DNA of 32,000 nt, from the NCBI GenBank assembly GCA_048886185.1, contig JBHLKY010000005.1, positions 200,458 through 232,457 on the forward strand, written 5' to 3'. Source of the DNA: Candidatus Hermodarchaeota archaeon. GTDB taxonomy: Archaea > Asgardarchaeota > Heimdallarchaeia > Hodarchaeales > Hodarchaeaceae. Under the pieces are notes generated by a model that saw only the letters and a program-made list of their open reading frames with translations, searched no databases and was not told where the DNA came from. Made by a program: the position numbers and the translations under genes. This document shows, piece by piece, positions 15,847 through 25,209 of the stretch (positions are counted from its first letter, which is position 1; every line of letters begins with the position of its first letter).

Positions 15847-17436
15847 ATGAACGATCAGACGAAAACAAGGCTTTTTGAGTTCTTACAAGAAGAATTTTGG
15901 CTTTTGATTAGTTTAATTATACTTTTTATTTTCTTTTTAGTATTTCCTTTTGTATTAAATTTAAGTCAACCCGTTATCGGTCTACAAATTGTTTTAAATG
16001 GCATTGTGGTCAGTGTTCTATATGCAATCTTAGCGATGGGATTTTCCTTGATATATGGGACTGCTAAACAGCTCAAACTTTCACTAGGAGGATATTATGT
16101 AATAGCCGCTTATGCAATGTATTTCTTACTTGAAGCTGTTAAGATAAATGTTCCAGTTAAATCTCCTATTCTTAGAATAACAGCTACCAAAGTTAATATA
16201 GATGGTTTTCTATTCTGGGCGATAGCCTTACTCCCAATAATAGTCTCAATGATTATTTTACTGTTTATGTGGACTGTGTTTGAAAAACGTGCATTTTTCC
16301 TTGTGTTAATATCAACTATAATCTCTGGAGGAGGTTATATACTCGTTAAGGTGCTTGGAGGAATTATAATAGAGAAAGATCTCGGAACTTTAATAGAGAA
16401 AAACCTTTTAGAAGTTAATATAACAAAATTACTTGAGAGAAACCTTGTAGATGGATTCTACATTAGTTTGGCTGTTATTCTTCTTAGCCTTGCAGCTTGG
16501 TATTTGGAACTCCCAAAACGAGAAATAGCAGTTGGTACTGCAATACTTGGTTTGATCGTTCCACTCATGATAATAGTCGATCTTACCTATGAGGAATTTG
16601 GTATAAACAAGCTTTTAGAAGTAGTACCTCTATTCGGATCATTGATTGGAAAGTTAATTACTTTACCAGTTGTTTATCTGGCTTTAATGGTTGTAGCAGT
16701 AATGTTGACTGCTTGTTTGGCTATGATGTCAGACCGCTATTTGCTAGAGAAGGTTAGGAAGTCTCATGTTAATGTAATGATTGTTACATTTGCTGTTGCA
16801 CTATTTGTTCAGAATTTTATCCAGATAATTTATTATCCACACAATGGAAAGAGACTTCTCCCATTCGGCCCAGAGGATCGTACCCTTCATGGAATTGTAC
16901 CTTTAAATGATATAATAGTCTTTTTCGGAGCCCGAATATCATTTCTTCGAATTATTTCAGTTATTTTTTCTATTCTATTACTTTTCCTTTTATACGCATT
17001 TATCTGGTTTACTAAAATGGGAAAGGCTCTACGGGCTGTTTCACAAGATGAGGAAGCTGCAGCACTCGCTGGTGTTGACATTCGGAAAATTACAGCCATA
17101 GTTAGTGGTGTTGGAATGGGTATAATTGGATTTGCTGCTGTTTTGACGTCATCATTTAGCGCTACTCCCCAATGGAGCCCCTATATGGGTTGGTGGGTGC
17201 TGATTACATGCATTGCGGTGGTAACTCTCGGGGGAATGGGCAGTCTCCCTGGAAGTATTATCGCAGCCTTCATAATAGGTTTTGCAGAAACTGTTGTTGG
17301 TAGTATGACAACCATCATACCTGTTCTCAATGTACCTTTTAATAATCTCTCCCCAGTTATTCCATTTGCTGCTATCTTGTTAGTGCTGATCTTCAAGCCA
17401 GAAGGACTACTAGGAACTAAGGAGGAACTGGAATAA
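15847..17436 (+). CDS. livH: Branched-chain amino-acid-type ABC permease, LivH-like, enlarged (529 aa)
   Basis: QIVLNG...LYAILAMGFSLIYG, TKMGKALRAVSQDEEAAALAGVD, VVTLGGMGSLPGSIIAA, FKPEGLLG. Confidence 0.85.
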   Translation: MNDQTKTRLFEFLQEEFWLLISLIILFIFFLVFPFVLNLSQPVIGLQIVLNGIVVSVLYAILAMGFSLIYGTAKQLKLSLGGYYVIAAYAMYFLLEAVKINVPVKSPILRITATKVNIDGFLFWAIALLPIIVSMIILLFMWTVFEKRAFFLVLISTIISGGGYILVKVLGGIIIEKDLGTLIEKNLLEVNITKLLERNLVDGFYISLAVILLSLAAWYLELPKREIAVGTAILGLIVPLMIIVDLTYEEFGINKLLEVVPLFGSLIGKLITLPVVYLALMVVAVMLTACLAMMSDRYLLEKVRKSHVNVMIVTFAVALFVQNFIQIIYYPHNGKRLLPFGPEDRTLHGIVPLNDIIVFFGARISFLRIISVIFSILLLFLLYAFIWFTKMGKALRAVSQDEEAAALAGVDIRKITAIVSGVGMGIIGFAAVLTSSFSATPQWSPYMGWWVLITCIAVVTLGGMGSLPGSIIAAFIIGFAETVVGSMTTIIPVLNVPFNNLSPVIPFAAILLVLIFKPEGLLGTKEELE

Positions 17437-19145
17437 TGGATTGGAAAGAACTAGCTGAAGATTTATGGGATGAGGTGAAAGATCGCGGATATTACATTGT
17501 AGCTATAACAATTCTCATTCTAGCTCCTCTCATTTTAGTTGCTCCCCCCACAACTTGGCCACCTTTCAATGTGATTTTTAATGGCTCAGAAGTACCCATT
17601 TTGAGCGATATTTATGCTATAGGTCGAAAAGCTGGTCTGTTCGGGGGGAATACATGGATCCTTAAAGTTCTCTCTTTATGTGCAATATGGGCAATATTTG
17701 CAGCAAGCTGGGATTTCCTCTCAGGTTATAGTGGACAAGTTAGTTTTGGACATGCTGCATTCTGGGGATTTTCAGCCTATGTGGCTTTCTGGGTCGCATC
17801 AGGTTTTCATCCAGGTTTCCCTGTGATGGAATTTGGAATCCCAATCGTTGATGACATCCTGTTTGTCATTGTGTCTCTTCTTAATGATATTCTCTCTTTT
17901 GTTTTGAGCTTAATCGGTTTGGAGGAAAAGTTTGTACTTGATCCTTTACAAGCTCTTGTTTTTGGGGGAATAATTTCCGCAGTACTTGCAGTGTGCATTG
18001 GAATGATAGCTCTTCGTGTGAAAGGTTTCTATCTTGCCTTAGTAACGTTAGTAGTACCTCTAATCTTCAATTCATTGGCAAATACCTTTAAAGAACTAAC
18101 AGGAGGCAATAATGGCCTCTCAAGCGATGTAACCCGCGTTGTTCCTCTACCTGATATGTTAAATCCTAAATTTCGTGAGATTTTTGCCTTGAACTTCTAT
18201 CTTTTCACACTTGTGATATTTTTAATCGCGATTGGGTTAATGATGCTAATAGCATACTCCCGAATTGGTCTTGCTTTTCAATCAATTCGAGAAGATGAGG
18301 ATGCTGCTGAATCTCTAGGAATTAATGTTCGGAATTACAAGATTCTCGCTTTTACACTAAGTGCTTTCTTTGCAGGGATCGCAGGGGGATTGTATGCCCA
18401 ATGGTATAGTTATGTTTCTCCAACCTATCTGGAAAGTGCAGCCTCCTTTAATGTAATAATAATGTGTGTGATAGGTGGCATCGGTACCATTACTGGTGGT
18501 GTGGTAGGGGCCTTTGTGTTAACTATCCTTGTGAACATTTTTTTGAGAAATGTTTTTGAGGGTGTGCATGGACTGGATATGCTTGCATTTGGTATCTTAC
18601 TTATCATCACTCTAAGGTATATGCCATTTGGTCTTACCCGTGCAACAAAAGATCAGAAGAGAGCTTGCGTTCTAGGCACTCTATTTGCACTTGCTTGGGC
18701 AATTCTTCCTTCTAGTAGTAAAGGGTGGGGAGTTGACATCTTTTCGTCCATTCTTCCAAGTACTGAACAGACAACAAATCCAATTGGCAAAGCATTATCA
18801 ATTACAGTCACATCAATACTTACTTTGGTAGGAAAAGTTGATTCTCTAGGTCAGATGGCCACCTCTCTCACTACTGAAAACTTTTTAACATTCTTAGGTC
18901 TAATTATCATGTTTATCTTATGCATTCCTGTTATTCTCGTTTTCTTAATAAGTGAGATTATTGGGTTGTTTCTCCTTGAAGGGATCTTGGGAATGCAACT
19001 GGGGGAGACTCTAATCAAAGCCAAATTTTTAATTTATATTACTGTTGGTATCCCTTTTGCTTTTTACCTTCCTAAAATATTTAAGTTAATTAGATTAAAA
19101 TATTGGGGTATTTGGCCATCTGTTGGCCGATATGAACCCGATTGA
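17436..19145 (+). CDS. livM: Branched-chain amino-acid-type ABC permease, LivM-like, enlarged (569 aa)
   Basis: SWDFLSGYSGQVSFGHAAF, LRVKGFYLALVTL, LTGGNNG, SIREDEDAAESLGIN, VIGGIGTITG, MPFGL; TAATG coupling with livH. Confidence 0.85.
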   Translation: MDWKELAEDLWDEVKDRGYYIVAITILILAPLILVAPPTTWPPFNVIFNGSEVPILSDIYAIGRKAGLFGGNTWILKVLSLCAIWAIFAASWDFLSGYSGQVSFGHAAFWGFSAYVAFWVASGFHPGFPVMEFGIPIVDDILFVIVSLLNDILSFVLSLIGLEEKFVLDPLQALVFGGIISAVLAVCIGMIALRVKGFYLALVTLVVPLIFNSLANTFKELTGGNNGLSSDVTRVVPLPDMLNPKFREIFALNFYLFTLVIFLIAIGLMMLIAYSRIGLAFQSIREDEDAAESLGINVRNYKILAFTLSAFFAGIAGGLYAQWYSYVSPTYLESAASFNVIIMCVIGGIGTITGGVVGAFVLTILVNIFLRNVFEGVHGLDMLAFGILLIITLRYMPFGLTRATKDQKRACVLGTLFALAWAILPSSSKGWGVDIFSSILPSTEQTTNPIGKALSITVTSILTLVGKVDSLGQMATSLTTENFLTFLGLIIMFILCIPVILVFLISEIIGLFLLEGILGMQLGETLIKAKFLIYITVGIPFAFYLPKIFKLIRLKYWGIWPSVGRYEPD

Positions 19146-19163
19146 GTTAACTGGTGAAAACTA

Positions 19164-19943
19164 ATGTCAACAGATACATCTCAAGTTAAATCTAATAGCG
19201 AGGAAAGAAATATTCTCCTAGAGGTAAAGAATCTGAGTAAACACTTTGAGGGATTGAAAGCTGTGAATGAAGTCAGCTTTTCTATACATGCTGGTGAACT
19301 TATCGGAGTTATCGGCCCTAATGGTGCGGGGAAAACGACTCTCTTTAATTTATTGACTGGGTTCTTGAAACCAACTGAAGGTGAAGTCTTTTTTGATGGA
19401 AAAAATATTACAGGATGGCCCACTTTTAAAATAGCCAAACTCGGGATTTCACGCACCTTCCAGCTAGTACGTCCTTTTCGATTCTTGGACGCGTTAGAAA
19501 ACACTATGGTGCCTCATATTCCCAAAAACTTTTTTGCAAAGTCATCCACACTTCGAAATAAAGCTATTTGGTCATTAATTACTGTTGATCTAGCGGAAAA
19601 GAAGAACTATCCTGCATTCATTTTACCTCATGGAGATTTAAAAAGACTTGATATTGCTAGATCCTTTGCAATGCAACCCCGAATTTTATTATTGGATGAA
19701 CCTTTTTCTGGGCTTAGCTATGAAGAAGCCTTTCGTGTACAACGTTTAATTCGTGATGCTCATGAAAAAGGAATGGCGATTGTAATTGTTGAACACAAAC
19801 TCAAAATATTGATGAAACTGGTTGAGAGAGTCCTAGTTCTTCACCAAGGGAGGTTGATAGGAGAGGGATCACCAAAAGAAATTGCCAACAATCAAGAAGT
19901 TATTAATGCATATTTGGGAACTGAGGCGATGGAATATGCCTAA
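19164..19943 (+). CDS. livG: Liv-type ABC ATP-binding subunit
   Basis: GPNGAGKTT, GISRTFQ, LPHGDLKRLDIAR, LLLDEP, IVEH, VINAYLG. Confidence 0.93.
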   Translation: MSTDTSQVKSNSEERNILLEVKNLSKHFEGLKAVNEVSFSIHAGELIGVIGPNGAGKTTLFNLLTGFLKPTEGEVFFDGKNITGWPTFKIAKLGISRTFQLVRPFRFLDALENTMVPHIPKNFFAKSSTLRNKAIWSLITVDLAEKKNYPAFILPHGDLKRLDIARSFAMQPRILLLDEPFSGLSYEEAFRVQRLIRDAHEKGMAIVIVEHKLKILMKLVERVLVLHQGRLIGEGSPKEIANNQEVINAYLGTEAMEYA

Positions 19944-20718
19944 AAAATCCAACCTATCTCAATTACACCTCCTTGAACTTCAAGAAGCAAGTGTTCATTA
20001 TGGCCGTGCAATTGTACTTGCATCTGTTTCTCTTACGGTTGATACAGGAGAATTAGTTGCAATCATTGGCCCAAATGGAACTGGAAAATCAACTCTTCTA
20101 CGAGCAATATCAGGACTTGTAGAGCTAGAGAGAGGAAAGATCTTTTTTGAAGGAAAACTTGTAGCAGAGTCCACTAAAAGCGAATTTCGTGTTATGGGTC
20201 GAAATAAGTCTTTGAAACCTCATAAAATCGTTGAACTGGGCATTATCCATTGTCCTGAAAGACGAAGACTGTTTTCCGAATCATCAGTCAGAGATAACCT
20301 TGAGTTAGGTGCATATACTATTAAAGATAGTGAAAAAATTGAAAAAACTATGGAATGGGTCTTAAAGTTATTCCCTTTTATTGAAGACCGTCTTGATGAA
20401 AAAGCTGGTGTATTTTCTGGTGGTGAACAACAAATGATAGCTATTGGTCGTTCTCTCATGGGAGACCCCAAACTTCTTCTTTTAGATGAACCAAGTTTAG
20501 GTCTCGCACCTATGGTTAAACTGAGCATTGTTGATGCAATTAGGCAAATTCAGAAAGCAGGAACAACAATTTTGCTAGTTGAGCAAGATGCTAGCATCGC
20601 CTTAGAAATGTGCGATAGGGGGTACTTACTTGAAGACGGTAGGATAGAGTTAGAGGGCACAAGTGAAGAACTGTCAAAAAATGAACATATTAAAGAAGCT
20701 TATCTAGGAATCGCATGA
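19936..20718 (+). CDS. livF: Liv-type ABC ATP-binding subunit
   Basis: GPNGTGKST, CPERRRLF, FSGGEQQMIAIGR, LLLDEPSLGLAP, LVEQ, IKEAYLG. ATG 19936 overlaps the livG end by 8 bp; ATG 19882 gives an implausible leader. Confidence 0.93.
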   Translation: MPKKSNLSQLHLLELQEASVHYGRAIVLASVSLTVDTGELVAIIGPNGTGKSTLLRAISGLVELERGKIFFEGKLVAESTKSEFRVMGRNKSLKPHKIVELGIIHCPERRRLFSESSVRDNLELGAYTIKDSEKIEKTMEWVLKLFPFIEDRLDEKAGVFSGGEQQMIAIGRSLMGDPKLLLLDEPSLGLAPMVKLSIVDAIRQIQKAGTTILLVEQDASIALEMCDRGYLLEDGRIELEGTSEELSKNEHIKEAYLGIA

Positions 20719-20854
20719 ATTTCTCTTCTCTTTAAATATGGGATTATATTCAAAAAGCCTTCAATGGTAATAAAAACTTCATTATATTTTGATTAGCCTT
20801 TAATAAGGAAATATCATATATTTCAAATCTATACTAGATTTTAAGGTGAAACTT

Positions 20855-22477
20855 ATGAATTATGATCTAATTATTCATAATGGCAGTATCATAGATGGAA
20901 CGGGAAATCCTCCTCATTTTGCTGATGTGGGTATTCAGGCTGGAAAAATTAGCAAGATTGGTCAGTTAGGTAAGAATGCTGATAAGAAAATTGATGCTCA
21001 GGGTTTAATTGTTTCACCAGGATTTATTGATCCACATAACCATTCAGATTTCGTTATTCCCTTTGATCCTCGCTTGGAGTCATCTATTCGACAAGGAATC
21101 ACAACTGCAGTGATAGGTAACTGTGGAGACTCCCTTGCACCGATAAACAAAGAGAGAATTGAACTGTTTGAGAAACTGGCAAATATGTTCTCACCGCCAG
21201 GAACAAGATTGGACATTACATGGGAAACTTTCAAAGAATATTTGGTAACAATTGAAGCAAGAGGATGTTCCACAAACATTGTACCACTTGTTGGATTCGG
21301 AACTATACGTATAGCTGGTGGTCCAGGATTTGAGGATCGTCCACCTACTTCAGAAGAACTTGAGTATATGAAACTATATGTCGAAGAGGCCATGGTATCA
21401 GGGGCATTTGGAATGAGTACAGGATTAATTTATACTCCCCAAATATACGCTAAAACGAAAGAAATTGTTGAATTGGCAAAAGTGGTTGCAAAATATGGAG
21501 GTACCTACTTCTCTCATATTAGAGGTGAAGGAGCGAATGTTGTTAATGCTGTAAAAGAATTGATATATATCGTTGAAGAATCTGGTTGTGTTGGAGGGCA
21601 GATTGCACACCACAAAGTCTCGGGCCAACGTTATTGGGGAGCTAGTAAAGAGACATTATCACTTATAAAAAAAGCAAATATTAGAGGGATCAATATAAGT
21701 TGTGATCAATACCCTTATAATAGAGGTATGACATCCTTAATAACCGTACTTCCCCCCTGGGTTCATATTGGAGGTATTGATAAAATATTAGAACGTATTA
21801 AGAACCCCAAAGAACAGGAGCAAATTAAAAAAGACATTAGTGAAGGTATAGAAGGATGGGAGAATTGGATTAAAGATGTAGGTTTTGATCGCATTTATAT
21901 TTCTGCTGTTAAGACACAGAAATGGAAGGAAGTTGAAGGGAAAAGCATTACAGAGATTTCGAAAATTAAAAATTCAGATGAGTTTACGACATTATTCAAT
22001 CTCATATTAGAAGAGAAAGGTGAAGTCTCTATTCTTATCGAAAGCATGGGAGAGGACGATATTCTGCGAATTATGACAGGAACTTATACAATGGTAGGAA
22101 CCGATGGATGGGGGGTTGCCCCTACTGGTATTCTAAGCTATGGTAAACCTCACCCACGTTTTTATGGTACTTACCCTCGAATTTTGGGTAAGTACGTTCG
22201 TGAAGAGAAGCTTCTCACCTTGGAGGATGCAATTCGAAGAATGACATCCTTTCCTGCACAACGGTTAGGCCTAAAAGATCGAGGGCTAATTAAAGAGGGT
22301 ATGGCGGCAGATGTTGTTGTTTTTGATAAGAATACAGTAATTGATAAAGCAACATTTAAGAATCCACATAGATTCCCGGTTGGTATAAAACATGTCATTG
22401 TAAACGGGGAAGTTGTTGTAGAGAGCGAAAAGCAAAAATTATGTCTTCCTGGACAAGTATTAAGACATAAAAAGTAG
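20855..22477 (+). CDS. Amidohydrolase of the N-acyl-D-amino-acid deacylase (D-aminoacylase) family
   Basis: IIDGTG...ADVGI, PGFIDPHNHSD, VIGNCG, YFSHIRGE, QIAHHK, VGTDG, PHPRFYGTYPRILG, RGLIKEGMAADVVVFD. AGGTGA SD-like motif favours ATG 20855 over GTG 20846. Confidence 0.9.
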   Translation: MNYDLIIHNGSIIDGTGNPPHFADVGIQAGKISKIGQLGKNADKKIDAQGLIVSPGFIDPHNHSDFVIPFDPRLESSIRQGITTAVIGNCGDSLAPINKERIELFEKLANMFSPPGTRLDITWETFKEYLVTIEARGCSTNIVPLVGFGTIRIAGGPGFEDRPPTSEELEYMKLYVEEAMVSGAFGMSTGLIYTPQIYAKTKEIVELAKVVAKYGGTYFSHIRGEGANVVNAVKELIYIVEESGCVGGQIAHHKVSGQRYWGASKETLSLIKKANIRGINISCDQYPYNRGMTSLITVLPPWVHIGGIDKILERIKNPKEQEQIKKDISEGIEGWENWIKDVGFDRIYISAVKTQKWKEVEGKSITEISKIKNSDEFTTLFNLILEEKGEVSILIESMGEDDILRIMTGTYTMVGTDGWGVAPTGILSYGKPHPRFYGTYPRILGKYVREEKLLTLEDAIRRMTSFPAQRLGLKDRGLIKEGMAADVVVFDKNTVIDKATFKNPHRFPVGIKHVIVNGEVVVESEKQKLCLPGQVLRHKK

Positions 22478-22487
22478 TTTCGGGTCT

Positions 22488-23474
22488 ATGGTAGTGAAGA
22501 CGATGAATATCAGGTTGGATATGAATGAAATACCTTATCCTCCCCCTAAGAATGTGATTAAGGCCGCTGAAAAGGGTTTAGCATCATTAAATAGATATGC
22601 TTCCCTTGAAGAACGAGAATTGATAAAAAAGCAGATTGCAAAGTATTCAGGGATACCCAAAAAAAACATTATTGCTTACCCTGGTTCAGACCTGATATTA
22701 AGAGAAATTGTTCACATCTTTTCAAAGGAGAGGAAGGTGATCATGGTATATCCTACATTTTTTCCTACCTATTACGCAGCAAAGCAATTTGGTAAGGAAA
22801 TGACTGAAATTTCACTCGAGCCACCAGAATTCAACCTGAATACAGAGCTACTTTTCAATGAACTGAATGAACCCTCTTTGGTGATTATTGATAATCCTAA
22901 TAATCCAACAGGTAAAATTTTACTTGATAAAATTACTGTTGAAACCATTCTAGAGAATACAAACTCTATACTTGTAATTGACGAGGCATATTATGAGTTT
23001 ACTAATTTTTCTTTCGTGCACTTCGTAAAAAAATATCCAAACCTCGCCATTGGAAGAACAATCTCAAAAGCTTTTGGTTTAGCGGGTACACGAATTGGAT
23101 ATATTATTGGAGGGGAGATCTTTATGGATGTCTTTTCCTCTGTGTCTATAATGCTACCACAGGTAAGTTTATTAGCAGCAATCGAGGCTTTGAAGAATCC
23201 TGAATATATTCAGAAGAATATTGAAATTACAATAAAGGAAAGGGAAAGGGTAAAAAGAGAATTAGAAGAAATTGGTATCCAGGTTTATCCTAGTACTACT
23301 AATTTTCTTCTGATCAATACTAATCTACCCGATATAGGACCACAACTGATTAAATACGGTATATTAGTGTTTGATCTTTCCAACCGTTGGCACTCGGGGT
23401 TTATCCGAGTTACAATCGGGACAGAACAGGAAAATGACATTTTTTTATCAACAATGAAAAAAATATTACATTGA
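22488..23474 (+). CDS. HisC-like PLP aminotransferase (histidinol-phosphate/aromatic aminotransferase family)
   Basis: RLDMNEIPY, NPNNPTG, IDEAYYEF, RTISKAFGLAGTRIGY, RVTIGTEQEN. No other his genes nearby, so hisC is not asserted. Confidence 0.85.
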   Translation: MVVKTMNIRLDMNEIPYPPPKNVIKAAEKGLASLNRYASLEERELIKKQIAKYSGIPKKNIIAYPGSDLILREIVHIFSKERKVIMVYPTFFPTYYAAKQFGKEMTEISLEPPEFNLNTELLFNELNEPSLVIIDNPNNPTGKILLDKITVETILENTNSILVIDEAYYEFTNFSFVHFVKKYPNLAIGRTISKAFGLAGTRIGYIIGGEIFMDVFSSVSIMLPQVSLLAAIEALKNPEYIQKNIEITIKERERVKRELEEIGIQVYPSTTNFLLINTNLPDIGPQLIKYGILVFDLSNRWHSGFIRVTIGTEQENDIFLSTMKKILH

Positions 23475-23497
23475 ATAGCTGTAAGGAGTGGTAGGTC

Positions 23498-24253
23498 ATG
23501 GGAATAAGAGTAGAAAAAAAGAAGGTTCTTTGGACTATTATTATAGACAATCCTGAGGTTAAAAATGCTGTTGATGGCCCAACAGCAGCAGTCTTAACTA
23601 AAGCATTTAAAGATTTTGAAGCTGATAAGGAAGCTCGGTCAGCTGTACTTTGGGGAGACAATGGATGTTTCTGTTCTGGAGCAAATCTGAAAGCTATTCA
23701 CACAGATCTTGGAAATCGAATTAATAAAACAGGGGACGGACCAATGGGTCCAACTAGGTTGTTTTTATCGAAACCTGTTATTGCAGCTGTAGCTGGTTAT
23801 GCAGTTGCAGGAGGGCTTGAGCTAGCCCTTTGGTGCGACCTACGAGTAATTGAGAAAAATGCAGTTTTTGGAGTTTTTTCAAGGCGTTGGGGTGTCCCAT
23901 TGATTGATGGGGGTACAGTACGTTTACCTCGATTGATTGGATTAAGTAGAGCACTCGATATAATTCTTACAGGACGACCTGTGTATGCTGAGGAAGCCCT
24001 CGCAATAGGTTTAGCAAACCGAGTTGTCGATGAAGGCCAATCGAGAGTGGAGGCCGAAAAATTAGCACTTCAGATTACTAAATATCCCCAAACGTGCCTT
24101 AGAGAAGACCGACTTTCTACTTATGAACAGAGTAATTTGAATATGAAGAATGCCTTAAAGAATGAGTTCGATCATGGATTAAGATCTCTTAAAGAAGCAT
24201 CAGAAGGAATAAATAGATTTATTAATGGTGAGGGACGCCATGGTCAATTCTAA
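23498..24253 (+). CDS. Enoyl-CoA hydratase/isomerase (crotonase) family
   Basis: DNPEVKNAVD, FCSGANL, KPVIAAVAGYAVAGGLELALWCDLRV, GVPLIDGGTVRLPRLIG. Confidence 0.92.
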   Translation: MGIRVEKKKVLWTIIIDNPEVKNAVDGPTAAVLTKAFKDFEADKEARSAVLWGDNGCFCSGANLKAIHTDLGNRINKTGDGPMGPTRLFLSKPVIAAVAGYAVAGGLELALWCDLRVIEKNAVFGVFSRRWGVPLIDGGTVRLPRLIGLSRALDIILTGRPVYAEEALAIGLANRVVDEGQSRVEAEKLALQITKYPQTCLREDRLSTYEQSNLNMKNALKNEFDHGLRSLKEASEGINRFINGEGRHGQF

Positions 24254-24284
24254 GTCTTTAGAGTGAAATCAACTTATTTTACTT

Positions 24285-25154
24285 CTAATCTTGAAGGAAT
24301 TTTACTAGGAATGGATTCACTATATCTGGATGTGTATATTGAGGCATATGCCCACATTCTTTAATCGAATGAAATTTTATTGATGGAATGGCTGCACGCA
24401 CCTTTTGACTTGTTGAATAAGGGATAGTTTTATCCTGTTCCCCCCAAAAGAGCTGTATTGGCAATTTCCGTTTTCCAAGCCTCTTGTATGTCTCCTTCAG
24501 ATTGTTGAAGGGTGTATTCAATGTAGTAGATTGTATTGCTTGAAGAAAACCTTTATATTTCATCTGTTCCATGTATTTCTCGAGATATCCCTCTATATTT
24601 TCAGACTCAAAGAAGTCTTCCTTTTGGGCATTAATTATCCTATTGTGATTAAGATAGAATCTTAACATTAATTTATTTAAAACTGGTATCTTCAAGATTG
24701 ATAACAGAAAGTTTCTGCTAATTGAAAAACCGATTGGATCTACCAATGACACTTTTTTAACTAGTTCTGGATATTTATCAGCAAATACAACACATATCCC
24801 CCCTCCCATTGAGAGTCCAACAAGATTGATCTTCTTATTTGTCAGATCAAGCTTATGGATTAATTCATGAAGTTGTTGAACGAAAAATTCCATATTATAT
24901 TTAACTTGAGGACGATCAGAATAACCACGACCATATAAGTCATATCTTAAGACCTTAAATCCTTCTTCAACTAACTTATCAAATGTGAAATCCCAAACAA
25001 ACAACGGGGATGAGAACCCATGCACTAATACGACAATATCAGCATCAACAGGTCCATTTAATTCGTAATGTACAAATCCATTTGATAATTGAATAAATTC
25101 TCCCGGAAGTGATTCTCTTGTCTTACTATCTAACTCCATATATTCATAGTTCAT
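24285..25154 (-). CDS. Alpha/beta-fold hydrolase
   Basis: VLVHGFS oxyanion motif, YDLYGRGYS, nucleophile elbow GLSMGG, WGEQD, CGHMPQ. Confidence 0.92.
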   Translation of the reverse strand: MNYEYMELDSKTRESLPGEFIQLSNGFVHYELNGPVDADIVVLVHGFSSPLFVWDFTFDKLVEEGFKVLRYDLYGRGYSDRPQVKYNMEFFVQQLHELIHKLDLTNKKINLVGLSMGGGICVVFADKYPELVKKVSLVDPIGFSISRNFLLSILKIPVLNKLMLRFYLNHNRIINAQKEDFFESENIEGYLEKYMEQMKYKGFLQAIQSTTLNTPFNNLKETYKRLGKRKLPIQLFWGEQDKTIPYSTSQKVRAAIPSIKFHSIKECGHMPQYTHPDIVNPFLVKFLQD

Positions 25155-25209
25155 ATTTTATAACACTCATTTCTTGTATTTTACCTTTTCTAAGGATTTT
25201 TCTCCTTGA

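Noticed and set aside
19882-19935. Longer livF start from the ORF track
   Set aside because: Would overlap livG by 62 bp and add a non-homologous leader; ATG 19936 fits better.
22488-23474. Assigning hisC and histidine biosynthesis
   Set aside because: No his genes nearby; the family includes aromatic aminotransferases and CobD.
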